Position numbers and translations under genes: made by a program
Notes under the pieces: generated by a model
What the model was told of the DNA's origin: nothing
The model's database searches: none
What the model saw: only the letters and a program-made list of their open reading frames with translations
Origin: an uncultured Gammaproteobacteria bacterium
GTDB taxonomy: Bacteria > Pseudomonadota > Gammaproteobacteria > CAWCPV01
Reading direction: 5' to 3'
NCBI GenBank assembly: GCA_963797555.1
Contig: CAWCPV010000005.1
Span: 253,953 to 317,952 of the forward strand
Length of the DNA: 64,000 nt
In this document: in pieces, positions 45,999 to 56,435 of the stretch
How the letters are laid out: each line of letters begins with the position of its first letter
Position numbering within the stretch: the first letter of the stretch is position 1

Positions 45999-46021
45999 GT
46001 CGTTGGCAGAAGGAGTTTTCG

Positions 46022-46255
46022 ATGCTGACCAGAGTCTTCAAGAGCGGTAATTCCCAAGCCGTACGCATCCCGAAAGATCTGCAATTCGATGCTAGCGACC
46101 AGGAGGTCGAGATCGAGCGGGTGAACGAGACCTTGATCATCCGTCCGGTAGGCCACCCGCTATCCGGCGTGCTGGCGAAGTTTACCGCCTTCTCGGCGGA
46201 CTTCATGGCCGCAGGGCGGGGCGAGAATGAGGAGAGCGAACGGGTCGGATGGTGA
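46022..46255 (+). CDS. vapB: VapB antitoxin (AbrB/SpoVT type)
   Basis: TRVFKSGNSQAVRIPK. Confidence 0.93.
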   Translation: MLTRVFKSGNSQAVRIPKDLQFDASDQEVEIERVNETLIIRPVGHPLSGVLAKFTAFSADFMAAGRGENEESERVGW

Positions 46256-46260
46256 GCGCC

Positions 46261-46662
46261 ATGCGCTACATGCTCGACACCAACATCTGCATTTATCTCA
46301 TGCGTCACCAGCCGCCCGAGGCCGGCGCCCATTTCGACCGATTGCGCCGGGGCGACGTGGTGATCTCCGCCATCACCCTGGCGGAGCTGCGCTACGGCGT
46401 CGAATGCCGCGCAGACACTCGGGCGCAGAATGAGCGGGCGCTGTCAAGCTTGCTGGAAGACATCCCGGCCGTCCCCTTTGACCACTGCGCGGCTGCCGCT
46501 TATGGTCCCCTATGGCTCGCGGTGCGCGAGCGCAGGCGGGACGCGCTGGACAAGCTCATCGCCGCCCACGCCGTGAGCCGGGATCTGACGCTCGTGACCA
46601 ACAACGAAGCAGACTTCGCGGGCTATCCGGGCCTACGCCTGGAGAATTGGATCAAGCCGTAA
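46261..46662 (+). CDS. vapC: VapC PIN-domain toxin
   Basis: YMLDTNICIY, AELRYG, DKLIAAHA, LVTNNEADF. Confidence 0.93.
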   Translation: MRYMLDTNICIYLMRHQPPEAGAHFDRLRRGDVVISAITLAELRYGVECRADTRAQNERALSSLLEDIPAVPFDHCAAAAYGPLWLAVRERRRDALDKLIAAHAVSRDLTLVTNNEADFAGYPGLRLENWIKP

Positions 46663-46939
46663 GGGCCGGAAAACTTGAAGGGGCCGTGCATGGGTCACCA
46701 GGCGTCGGCCGCGAAGGACGGGGGCCGGCCCGGGGGATCTACAACAGGGTGAAGGGACGGGCTTACGGCGCAGAGGCAGGCGGACGAGGGGCGGCGCAAG
46801 GAGACCGAGACCCAGGTGTGGAACACCGGCCAGGCCATCCGGGAGGGCCGTTTACCGCGGCTCGCCCAGTGCGCGGGCTGAGACTTTCAGGGCGTGTGCC
46901 GGGTCCGACATCGAGGCGCGGCCGTGACAGCCGTACGGT

Positions 46940-46969
46940 ATGTGTATAGAATTACCGGATGGTACACAT
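46940..46969. promoter_or_regulatory. Possible operator of vapBC-2
   Basis: ATGTGTA-N16-TACACAT inverted repeat upstream of the antitoxin. Confidence 0.45.
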
Positions 46970-46985
46970 GCCCTGGAGGCGACGG

Positions 46986-47180
46986 ATGAGAACCAACATA
47001 GTCATCGACGACGACTTGATGGCCCACGCGATAAAGCTTTCTGGCGTCAAGACCAAACGGGAAGCGGTGGAGGCCGGTCTGCAATTGCTGGTCAAACTCA
47101 AGGAGCAGGAGCGCATCCGCGCAGCGCGCGGCAAGCTGCGCTGGGAGGGTGACCTCGATGCCATGCGTACCGACCCTTGA
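46986..47180 (+). CDS. vapB: VapB antitoxin (RHH/DUF2191 type)
   Basis: MRTNIVIDDDL..KTKREAVE..WEGDLDAMR. Confidence 0.9.
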   Translation: MRTNIVIDDDLMAHAIKLSGVKTKREAVEAGLQLLVKLKEQERIRAARGKLRWEGDLDAMRTDP

Positions 47181-47189
47181 TCGTCGGTC

Positions 47190-47585
47190 ATGATCGTGGT
47201 GGACGCCTCGGTGTGGATCGACTACTTCAACGGCCGGCCCACGCCCGAAACCGACAAGCTCGATGCCCTGCTCGGTGACGAGCCCCTGATCGTCGGCGAC
47301 ATCACGCTCACCGAGGTGTTGCAGGGATTCCGCAGCGAGACCCATTTCCGCAAGGCGCTCGCGCTGCTCGGCGCATTGGAATTCCGGGAGATGCTCGGGC
47401 CTGAGGCCGCCATCGACAGTGCCCGCAACTACCGCCGGCTGCGCGCCAGGGGCGTGACCGTGCGCAAGACCATCGACGTGGTGATCGCGACCTTCTGCAT
47501 CCGCCACGGGCACGAGCTGCTGCACGCCGATCGGGATTTTGATCCGATAGAGTGGCACCTGGGGCTGCGGGCGGTTCGCACGTGA
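47190..47585 (+). CDS. vapC: VapC PIN-domain toxin
   Basis: VDASVWIDYF, EVLQG, RKTIDVVIAT, LLHADRDFD. Confidence 0.92.
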   Translation: MIVVDASVWIDYFNGRPTPETDKLDALLGDEPLIVGDITLTEVLQGFRSETHFRKALALLGALEFREMLGPEAAIDSARNYRRLRARGVTVRKTIDVVIATFCIRHGHELLHADRDFDPIEWHLGLRAVRT

Positions 47586-47778
47586 CGAGCAGCCGGCGCC
47601 CCACCGCTGATGCCTACACCCGGAACCCTAAGGGGGTCCGCACCTTGCTTGACAAGCGGGTCCCTGTCCTGATGGCGAAGGCGGCGGGGACCACGTGCCG
47701 GGACCGGCTTGCCGAGATGGATCGGCGGCTGGCGGAGCCGCGCGAGTAGCTGGACAAGACCGGGTAGGAGGCCCACGC

Positions 47779-50412
47779 TTGCCCCACCTTTACCAGCACA
47801 TCGCGGCACGGGTGCGAGTGTGGTCTGACGCGGGCTACCCTTCTGAGCAGTACCCGGCCATCGCGGAGGTCCTGGATTGGGCGCGGGACACGGAGAGCGG
47901 CGAGCTGCGTTTTCTGCGTCGCCCCCAGCTCGAGGCACTGGAGACTTACTGGTATCTGCGGCTCGTCGAGGAAACGCCGCACGTCCTGGACCTGTACCGC
48001 CGGCTTCTTTCCAGACCGTCCGAGCTGCTCGCGGCGCTCGGGCTCGACCACGGCGATATCCAGACCTTGGTGGTCGACGAGGGAATCGACGCCCTGTTGG
48101 ACCGCATCCGCAGCGACGACGCCCTGGTGCGCGACTTCAGGCTGGAGGCGCTGCGCGAGACCCTGACGCTCCAATATCCGAGCTACATCCTGGCGCTCGC
48201 TATGGGGGCCGGCAAGACCATGCTGATCGGGGCGATCATCGCCACCGAGTTCGCCATGGCCCTGGAATACCCGGACGGGCCCTTCGTGCAGAACGCGCTG
48301 GTGTTCGCTCCTGGCAAGACCATCATCGAGTCGCTGCGTGAGCTGGCCGAGGTTCCGTACGACCGCCTGCTCCCGCCGCGCCTGTTCAGGCCCTTCTCCG
48401 CCTCGGTCAAGCTCACGTTCACGCGCGACGGCGAAAAGGATGTCCCCGTCATCCGAGGCTCCGCCTTCAACGTGGTGGTCACCAACACCGAAAAGATCCG
48501 CATCAAGAAGGAGAGCGTGCGCAAGGCCGATCTCGGGACGCTGTTCGCCCCCCAGAAGGAGGACGAAGCGCGCGCGGAGATCGCGAATCTGCGCCTTCAG
48601 GCTATCGCGAGCCTGCCGCACCTCGCGGTGTTCTCCGACGAGGCCCACCACACTTACGGCCAGTCGCTCGACACCGAGCTGAAAAAGGTCCGCAAGACCG
48701 TGGATTATCTCGCCGCCAGCACCCACCTGGTGTGCGTCGTGAACACGACGGGAACCCCCTATTTCAAACGCCAGCCGCTCAAGGACGTGGTGGTCTGGTA
48801 CGGCCTCTCCGAGGGCATCAGAGACGGCATCCTCAAGGATCTCTCCGACAGCGTCCAGGCCTACGACTTCCAGGGGAATGCCGCAACCTACGTCGCCCAC
48901 GTGGTGCGCGACTTCTTCCGCGACTATGGCGAGGTGCGGCTGCCAAACGGTGCCCCGGCCAAGCTCGCCGTCTACTTTCCCCAGACGAACGATCTCAGGG
49001 AGTTGCGGCCGGTGATCGACCAGGCCTTAGTCGAGGCCGGCCGGGATCCGGCGCTCTGCCTCGTCAACACCTCCGACCAGACGCTGACCCGACAGGCCGA
49101 CATCGACGCCTTCAACCGGCTCAACGACCCCACCGCACCCCATCGGGTCCTCCTTCTGGTCAACAAGGGCACCGAGGGCTGGAACTGCCCCAGCCTGTTC
49201 GCCTGCGCCCTCGCGCGGCGGCTCAAGACCTCGAACAACTTCGTGCTGCAGGCGGCCACCCGCTGCCTGCGCCAAGTCCCAGGCAACACGCACAAGGCGC
49301 GGGTCTATCTGTCCACCGACAACTTCAACATCCTCGACCGTCAGCTCCAGGAGACCTACGGCGAGACCATCGCGGATTTGAGCCACACGGCCCAGGAGAG
49401 CCGGCGCACGCGCATCGTCCTGCGCAAGCTCGGGGTGCCGCCGCTCTCGGTCACGCACCTCGCCCGCACCGTGGTGCGAAAAGAGGGCGAGGCCCAGCCG
49501 CTCAGGCTGGTGCGTCCGCGGGGCGGCGCAGCGCCTGGCCTCACCCGCACCACGTATACGCTCGAGGAGAGTCCGGCGAGCGCCAGGGTCTTGCGCCAGC
49601 TCGGAGACACAGTGAACATCGACGCCCTGCCGGAGGCGACCGACGCTTACGGCGCGGCCGTGGATCTCGCCGCGCGCTACCGCCTGGACCTGTGGCAGGT
49701 CTTGGGCGAGATCAGGCGGCTCTATGGGGCCGACGACATCCCAGCCTCCGACCTGCCGGACCTCGCCGGGCAGATCGAGCGGCAGACCCGGTTCTACGAG
49801 GTCACGGAAGAGCGCCAGGAAACGGCCCTGGCGCTGGTGAAGCCCGAGGGCTTCGTGAAGGAGCGGGACGCGCAGGGCGCCGAGGTCTACACCGCTGAGA
49901 TCAGGTATCCGAAGGACAAGGAGGCCCTGCTCGCGCGTTTCGGCGACTGGAAGGTGCGGGCGGGCGAGCTCGGCTTCCACTACGACCCTTACAACTTCGA
50001 TTCCAGGCCGGAGAGGGACTTCTTCGACAAGATGCTGGCGGAGCTGAGCCGCCGTCTGGACGATGTCGAGGACATCTACTTCACCGGCGCGCTTACCGAC
50101 CCGGCCAAGACCGACTTTTTCGTCCAGTACCGCGACGACGAAGGGCGGTGGCGCCGCTACACGCCGGATTTCGTGATCCGCCTGAAGCCGGAGGAGGGAG
50201 GAAAACCGGGGACGGGCAAGACGATCATCGTGGAGATCAAGGCCGAGCGGCAGCGCAGACATCCCGTCGACGGGGAGCACGGCCGCAAGGCCATGGCGCT
50301 CCGCCGCTGGGAGAACCTCGATCCGCGGCGGCTCAGGTACGAGATGGTGTTCACGGATACCGATGCCATTCCGCGAGACGGGCTGACCGCGGTGCGGAGA
50401 CACTTACCATAG
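47779..50412 (+). CDS. res: Type III restriction endonuclease subunit Res
   Basis: MGAGKT, DEAHH, TGTP, EGWN helicase motifs; YTPDF..VEIK nuclease motif; TTG start after AGGAGG. Confidence 0.88.
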   Translation: MPHLYQHIAARVRVWSDAGYPSEQYPAIAEVLDWARDTESGELRFLRRPQLEALETYWYLRLVEETPHVLDLYRRLLSRPSELLAALGLDHGDIQTLVVDEGIDALLDRIRSDDALVRDFRLEALRETLTLQYPSYILALAMGAGKTMLIGAIIATEFAMALEYPDGPFVQNALVFAPGKTIIESLRELAEVPYDRLLPPRLFRPFSASVKLTFTRDGEKDVPVIRGSAFNVVVTNTEKIRIKKESVRKADLGTLFAPQKEDEARAEIANLRLQAIASLPHLAVFSDEAHHTYGQSLDTELKKVRKTVDYLAASTHLVCVVNTTGTPYFKRQPLKDVVVWYGLSEGIRDGILKDLSDSVQAYDFQGNAATYVAHVVRDFFRDYGEVRLPNGAPAKLAVYFPQTNDLRELRPVIDQALVEAGRDPALCLVNTSDQTLTRQADIDAFNRLNDPTAPHRVLLLVNKGTEGWNCPSLFACALARRLKTSNNFVLQAATRCLRQVPGNTHKARVYLSTDNFNILDRQLQETYGETIADLSHTAQESRRTRIVLRKLGVPPLSVTHLARTVVRKEGEAQPLRLVRPRGGAAPGLTRTTYTLEESPASARVLRQLGDTVNIDALPEATDAYGAAVDLAARYRLDLWQVLGEIRRLYGADDIPASDLPDLAGQIERQTRFYEVTEERQETALALVKPEGFVKERDAQGAEVYTAEIRYPKDKEALLARFGDWKVRAGELGFHYDPYNFDSRPERDFFDKMLAELSRRLDDVEDIYFTGALTDPAKTDFFVQYRDDEGRWRRYTPDFVIRLKPEEGGKPGTGKTIIVEIKAERQRRHPVDGEHGRKAMALRRWENLDPRRLRYEMVFTDTDAIPRDGLTAVRRHLP

Positions 50413-50546
50413 GGCGCAAGCTGAGCCGGTCAGGCTTATTGCATTCTCGAAGGGAGAACCGCAATATCCTGGCCGGGCGTTGCATTCTTGGACCCGGATG
50501 ACGTGAGAGGAGACTGGCCGCGCCGCGACACGCAAGAAACCCGCAC

Positions 50547-52584
50547 TTGAGCGAGAAGAAGGCCACAAAGATCACCCCGGCAAAGGGCCGCCCCATGCTC
50601 ACCTGGGTCGGCAAGCGGCCGCTCACGCGGGTGACCGCCTTTCCTGCCCAGCAGGTGGAGAGCTTCGCCCCTGCGGCGAAACGAGCGCCGGACGACGGTG
50701 ACGGATGGAGGGACTGGCCCGCGGCCTATCCGAGGGGCGGGCTTCTCATCCACGGGGACAACAAGGAGGTCCTCGCCCATCTCCTCGCCAACGGCTTCCG
50801 CGGCAAGGTCAACCTGATTTACATAGACCCGCCCTTCGACTCCGGCGCCGACTACGTGCGCAAGGTCAGCCTGCGCGGCGCCAGGGGAACGGCCAAGATC
50901 GACGGCGAGAGCTACACGCTGGGGGAGCAGATCCAGTACACCGACATCTGGGCGAACGACAATTACCTACAGTTCATGTACGAACGGGTGTCACTCGTGC
51001 GCGAACTGCTTGGCGAAGGGGGAGCGCTGTGGCTCCACTGCGACTGGCGTAGGAGTCACATGCTTCGGCTCCTGCTGGAGGAGGTGCTGGGTTCTGACGC
51101 GCTCCAGAACGAAGTAGTCTGGCAACGGACCGCCTCCAGGAATGATGCCGCCGGGTTCGGACATGTCCACGATACGCTGTTGTATTGCGCCAAAGGAACC
51201 GAGGGGCGGATATGGAATCCGCTTCGTTCCAGACACGACTCGATCTACCTCGACCGCTACTACAGCCAGACCGAAACCGGACGGCCGGCGATTCGCGGCC
51301 GATAACCTCACGGCTCCAGGGTTGCGGAGCGGGTCTTCTGGCCAGCCTTGGAGGGGTTTTGACCCCGGTGCGCAAGGCCTTCATTGGAAGTACACCACCG
51401 AGCGGCTTGACGGGTTGGATGCCGAGAGGCGCATTTATTGGCCCAGGGCCGGCAAGGGTTTCCCCCGTTTGAAGCGCTATCTGGATGAACTAGAGGGCAA
51501 GGCGCTTTCCACGCTATGGACCGACATCTTTCCAGTGAACAGCCAAGCCAGCGAACGGGGCGATTACCCCACGCAGAAGCCAGAAGCGCTCCTAGAGCGC
51601 ATTATCTCTGTGTCTTCCAACCCCGGCGATCTCGTCCTCGACTGCTTCATCGGCTCGGGCACCACCGCGGCGGTTGCGCAGAAGCTTGGGCGCCGCTGGA
51701 TCGGCTGCGACATCAACAAGGGGGCGATCCAGACCACGGCCAAGAGGCTGCAGACCATCATCCTGGACCAGATCGAGGCCGCCGAGCGGCGGGCCAAGCA
51801 GGGCAGGCTGGACCTCGCTCCAACTCCCGATCTCGAGGATGCGGAGGCGGCTGCGCCCGCCCAGCTCTCCTTCACCGTGTGGAGGGTCAATGACTACGAC
51901 CTCGCCATCCAGCACAACGAGGCGGTGAATCTCGCCTGCGAGCACATCGGCGTGGAGCGCACCCGATCGGATGCCTATTTCGACGGGACGCTGGGCAAGT
52001 CCCTGGTCAAGATCGTCCCCTTCGGCCACCCCCTCACGCCCGTGGACCTGGAAGACCTCAAGCGCGAGCTGGAGGCCCGGCCCGAGGAAGACCGGCCCGT
52101 CACTCTGGTGTGTCTCGGCAGCGAGCTGGCGGCCCAGTCCTGGGTCGAAGACTGGAACCGTCTGCGCAAGGGCCGGGACGCCGTGAACCGCATCGAGGTC
52201 ATCGAGCTGCGCACCGACCCGCGTTACGGCAAATTCATCCGGTACGAGCCCGCGCGCGCCCAGGTCAAGGTCGAGCGCGCCGAGGGCAGGATCGTCGTGC
52301 AAATCGAGGACTTCATATCGCCCACGATTATCGAACGCCTGGAGCAGCAGGCCGGCCTCCTGAAGCCCAGGATCGACGACTGGCGCGCGATGGTGGACTG
52401 CGTGATGATCGACCCGGCGTACGACGCCAGGGTCTTCAATATCGGGCTCTCGGACGTTCCGGAGAAGAAAAGCGATTTGGTCGCGGGCCGCTAGGAGTTC
52501 CCCGCGCTGAGCGGCGAAGCCTCCGTCGCGGTGAAGATCGTCGACATGCTTGGGGAAGAGGTTCTCATCGTACGCACGGTATAA
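50547..52584 (+). CDS. mod: Type III N6-adenine methyltransferase Mod, with a frameshift at ~51275 and an in-frame TAG at 52492-52494
   Basis: IYIDPPF, YPTQKPEALLERII, DCFIGSGTT; conserved tail VAVKIVDMLGEE continues past the TAG. Confidence 0.88.
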
Positions 52585-52610
52585 AGCAGTCCGCGGGACG
52601 CCCTGGAACG

Positions 52611-52647
52611 CACAAGGCGGATTGTAGTGGCCGCAATCCGCCTTGTG
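52611..52647. terminator. 14-bp perfect hairpin between convergent mod and hdrB (terminator or REP-like)
   Basis: CACAAGGCGGATTG-N9-CAATCCGCCTTGTG. Confidence 0.6.
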
Positions 52648-52665
52648 TCCGACGGGACTGGCCCG

Positions 52666-53568
52666 CTACTTCTTCGCCGCGATCTCTTCGAGCTGCTTGG
52701 CGCGGATGATCTGGCCGTCCAGACCGGCCTCCTTGCCGCTCTTGCCGTACGCCACCGCCATGAGGGTCGAGTAGTAAACCACCGGCATCTTGAACTTGGT
52801 GCCGTACCGGCGGTTGATCTGGTCCTGGTACACCTCGACGTTCATCTGGCACACCGGGCACGGGGTGACGATCATGTCGGCGCCCCCGTCGTACGCGGCC
52901 TCGATGATGTCCTTGATGAGCGCCTGGCTCTTCTCGGGCTCGGAGAAGGCGAGCGCGCCACCGCAGCAGGAGACCTTCTTGTCGTAGTTCTCCATGGGCT
53001 CGGCCCCCATCGTCTCGACCATCTTGTCCAGATACTTGGGGTTCTCGAAGGACTCGCCCTCGATGCCGAACGGGCGGTTGGTCTGACAGCCCACATAGCC
53101 CGCGATCTTGATGCCTTCGAGCGGCTTCTTGACGTGCTTGCCAATCTCTTCGTAGCCGAGGTCTTCGATCAGCACCTCCACCATGTGGCGGATGTTCTGC
53201 TTGGCCTTGTACTTGAGACCTGCCGCGGCCAGGGCCTGGTTGGTCTCGGCCATGAGGTCGCCGTCCTCCTCCAGACGCTCCTTGGTTTCGCGGGCGGCCA
53301 GCCAGCAGGCGGCACACGTGGCCACCACGTCCTGGCCCGGGTTGGCGTCCTCCGACAGGGCCAGGTTGCGGGCATTCAGCGCCAGCCGGGGCAGCTCGCC
53401 GCCGCCGGCAAAGCCGATGGAGGCGGAGCAGCAGTTCCAGTCCGGGATCTCGTTCAACTGGATGTCCAGCACGTCGCACATGGCGTGCACCGAGGTCATG
53501 TAGTTGGAGGCGGACGCGGCCCGCTCCGAAGAGCAGCCGGGGTAGAAGGAGTATTGCTTCTTCGCCAT
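52666..53568 (-). CDS. hdrB: Heterodisulfide reductase subunit B-like (Qmo-associated)
   Basis: FYPGCS, WNCCSA, CAAC, YVGC, SCCGG, TPCPVC (CCG domains). Confidence 0.92.
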   Translation of the reverse strand: MAKKQYSFYPGCSSERAASASNYMTSVHAMCDVLDIQLNEIPDWNCCSASIGFAGGGELPRLALNARNLALSEDANPGQDVVATCAACWLAARETKERLEEDGDLMAETNQALAAAGLKYKAKQNIRHMVEVLIEDLGYEEIGKHVKKPLEGIKIAGYVGCQTNRPFGIEGESFENPKYLDKMVETMGAEPMENYDKKVSCCGGALAFSEPEKSQALIKDIIEAAYDGGADMIVTPCPVCQMNVEVYQDQINRRYGTKFKMPVVYYSTLMAVAYGKSGKEAGLDGQIIRAKQLEEIAAKK

Positions 53569-53582
53569 GTCTTCGGTCCTCC

Positions 53583-54209
53583 TCAGCCGGCGAACCTGGC
53601 GGCCTTCGCCAGCTCGATCTCGCGTGCCTTGGCGAGAATCGCATGGATGTCCTTCTTGCCCTTGCAGCCCTTGTGGGCGAAGAAGGCGAACGGGTTGAAG
53701 CGCTTGGTCTTGAGCATGTTCAGCCCGACCGGCGCCATCTTGAGGGCGGTCTTCACGCCCTCGACGAAGCCGTTCATGAAATAGAGCTTCACGCCCAGCA
53801 CCGGCTCGTTGACCCGCCCGTCCTTCGCCAGGTTGTTCCAGAACATGAGAGCGAACTTGCGGGTGGGCTGGTTCTTCGGGGCCAGGCCGAGGCGATCGGC
53901 ATAGTGCGCCAGGCCGTGCATGACGTGGGTGATGGGGATCTCCCGCGGGCAGCGCACGATGCAGTTGTAGCAGGAGGTGCACATCCACATCGAGTCGGAC
54001 TTCAGCACCTCATCGCGCTGCCCCGCGCGAATCATCATGAAGATTTCCTGCGGGGGATGCTCCCAGTGGGGCCCCAGGGGGCAGGAGCCGGAGCACACGC
54101 CGCACTGCATGCACATCTTGACCCACTCGCCTTCCTCGACGTTGGCCTCGACCTCGCGGAGGAAGCTGTTGCTGTATTTCTCCACCATCGCTGCGTTGAG
54201 ATTGCCCAC
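53583..54209 (-). CDS. hdrC: Heterodisulfide reductase subunit C-like (4Fe-4S dicluster)
   Basis: CMQCGVCSGSCP and CTSCYNCIVRCP. Confidence 0.92.
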   Translation of the reverse strand: MGNLNAAMVEKYSNSFLREVEANVEEGEWVKMCMQCGVCSGSCPLGPHWEHPPQEIFMMIRAGQRDEVLKSDSMWMCTSCYNCIVRCPREIPITHVMHGLAHYADRLGLAPKNQPTRKFALMFWNNLAKDGRVNEPVLGVKLYFMNGFVEGVKTALKMAPVGLNMLKTKRFNPFAFFAHKGCKGKKDIHAILAKAREIELAKAARFAG

Positions 54210-54221
54210 GGGTCGCGCCTC

Positions 54222-56432
54222 CTAGAAGCCCTTGAAGGGGTTCATGCCGATGCGCTCGACGACCTGCGCATAGTCCTCGATGAGCTGCGGGATGCGGGCG
54301 ATGTCGGTGATGGCCACCTCGTAAGTCGCCACGCGCTCGGTCTCTAGCTGCAGGGTCTTCAGGGTGTCGTCGATCTTGCTCATGCGGTAGTGGGCGAGCT
54401 CCGATCCCTTGACGAAGTGGCACTGGTAATTTTCCCCTTTCACGCAGCCCAGGAGCATGACCCCATCGTAGCCGGTGTTCAATGCGTCGGTGATCCAGAT
54501 GGTGTTGACCGAGCCGAGGCAGCGCACCGGAATGATCCGCACGAAGGGGCTGTAGCCGAAGTGGTTCATGCCCGCCATGTCCAGGGCCGGATAGGCGTCG
54601 TTCTCGCAGGCGAGCACCAGGATGCGCGGCTTGCCCTCGGACTCGTCCGGCATCTCCAGGGTCTTGATCTGCTGGCCCACGGTGTCCACCGAGTAGTTCT
54701 CGAAGGAGATGACGCGCACCGGGCAGGCACCCATACAGGTCCCGCAGCGGCGGCAGCGGCTCTCGTTGAACACCGGATAGCGCTTCTCGTCCTCGTCGAT
54801 GGCCCCGAAAGGACACTCCACGGTGCAGCGCTTGCACTGGGTGCAGCCCTCCAGACGCACGATGGGGAAGGACAGATCGCCGGAACGGGGATGGGCGGCA
54901 CGCCCCACGGCGGCATTCTCGATGGCCTGGATGGCCTTGAGGGCTGCGCCCGCGGCGTCCTCCATGGACTGGATCATGTCGCCGGGGCGGCGGACCGGCC
55001 CGGCCGTGTAGATGCCCGTGCGCCGCGTCTCGTACGGGAAGCAGATGAAGTGCGAGTCGGCGAAGCCGTGCTTGAGCTGGGGCATGTCCGGCCCCTGCCG
55101 GTAGGTGAGGTTGAGGATGGACGCCGGCTTCGGACCCTGCCCGGTGCCGGCCTCGCCTTCGGGCTCGATGTTGACGCCGGCATTGGGGACTTGCCCGGTG
55201 GCCAGTACCACCAAGTCCGCATCCATCGTCATGTCCTGGTCCAGGATCAGATCGCGCAGGTGCACCTGGAGCGCGCCGTTCCCCGGGACCACCTCGCTCA
55301 CGACGCCCTTGGTGAAGATCACCCCCTTGCGCTGGCCGCTGCGGTAGAAGTCCTCGCCGTTGCCCGGCGTGCGCAGGTCGGTGTACACGATGGTGGTGTC
55401 GACGCCGGGGTTGGACTCCTTAAAGTACATCGCCTGCTTGATGCTGGCGTTGCAGCAGAAGCCGGAGCAGTACGGCAGGTGGCCAGGCTTGTCGCTGCGC
55501 TGCCCGGCGCACTGGACGAACACCACGTTCCTGACTTCCTTGCCGTCGGAAGGCCGCTTGATGGGCGCGCCGTTGGCCTGCCGCGCCAGGGCCTCGAGGC
55601 CGAGCTGATCCACCACGTCCGCGCTCCGGCCGAAACCGAACTCCGGGAGCCGGCTTGCGTCATAGGGCGTGGCCCCGGTGGCCTGGACGATGGCACCGAA
55701 GTTTTCCGTGACAGTGCTTCCGCTCTCGGTGGTGAGGTCCGCCGCGAAGCGGCCCGGAGCCCCGTCCGTGCGGGTGATGGTGGAGTTCAGGTGGACGGTG
55801 ATGCTGGGGTCCGCCTGAATGTTGGCGATCATCTCCGCGACCCCGTTGTCCTGCGGATCGGCGTAGGGGGAGTGCTCGGGGATGCGCTTGTGGAGCTTGG
55901 CCGCGATGCCGCCAAGGACCCCGGTCTTTTCCACCAGGGTCACCGGGTAGCCGGCCTTCGATGCCTCCAGGGCCGCGGTCATGCCGGTGATGCCGCCGCC
56001 AACGACCAGCAGTCGACGGTTGAGGCTCGTCGCCGGGTTGCCCTGGGGAAGCTTCATGTGCTTGATCTCGGCGCAGGCCATGCGCACATAGTCCTCGGCC
56101 ATCTCTTGGGTGGTCTCGCGGGCCTCCTCGGTCTGCGGCCGGGCCCAGATCACGCCCTCGCGCAGGTTGGCGCGGGCCATGGCGACGCCGTTGAAGCGGA
56201 ATGCCTCGGTCTTGGCCCTCGGCGAGCATGCGGCGATCACGAGGTGCGTCGCCCCCTGGTCGATATCCTGCCGGATGGTGGCCACCCCCTCCTTGCTGCA
56301 CAGGAACTCGTGCTCGCGTACCAGGGGCACCTTGCCCTCGCGCGCGGCGATCTTGGCGAGCGCCGCCGTATCCAGGCGTTCGGCGAGGCCGCATCCCTGA
56401 CAGACGTAGGCTGCAATCTTGGTCTCTGACAC
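54222..56432 (-). CDS. qmoB: QmoB (HdrA-like FAD/FeS protein with a C-terminal MvhD domain)
   Basis: AACSPR, GGGITG, QCAGQR, CTQCKRCTVECP, CRRCGTCMGACP, ACENDAYPALD, CHFVKG. Confidence 0.93.
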   Translation of the reverse strand: MSETKIAAYVCQGCGLAERLDTAALAKIAAREGKVPLVREHEFLCSKEGVATIRQDIDQGATHLVIAACSPRAKTEAFRFNGVAMARANLREGVIWARPQTEEARETTQEMAEDYVRMACAEIKHMKLPQGNPATSLNRRLLVVGGGITGMTAALEASKAGYPVTLVEKTGVLGGIAAKLHKRIPEHSPYADPQDNGVAEMIANIQADPSITVHLNSTITRTDGAPGRFAADLTTESGSTVTENFGAIVQATGATPYDASRLPEFGFGRSADVVDQLGLEALARQANGAPIKRPSDGKEVRNVVFVQCAGQRSDKPGHLPYCSGFCCNASIKQAMYFKESNPGVDTTIVYTDLRTPGNGEDFYRSGQRKGVIFTKGVVSEVVPGNGALQVHLRDLILDQDMTMDADLVVLATGQVPNAGVNIEPEGEAGTGQGPKPASILNLTYRQGPDMPQLKHGFADSHFICFPYETRRTGIYTAGPVRRPGDMIQSMEDAAGAALKAIQAIENAAVGRAAHPRSGDLSFPIVRLEGCTQCKRCTVECPFGAIDEDEKRYPVFNESRCRRCGTCMGACPVRVISFENYSVDTVGQQIKTLEMPDESEGKPRILVLACENDAYPALDMAGMNHFGYSPFVRIIPVRCLGSVNTIWITDALNTGYDGVMLLGCVKGENYQCHFVKGSELAHYRMSKIDDTLKTLQLETERVATYEVAITDIARIPQLIEDYAQVVERIGMNPFKGF

Positions 56433-56435
56433 CCC

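Noticed and set aside
47590-47750. Small ORF between vapC-2 and res
   Set aside because: No clear start or motif; at most a gene scrap.
52492-52494. Pyrrolysine or programmed amber readthrough in mod
   Set aside because: No pyl genes or other support; a point mutation or base-call error is simpler.
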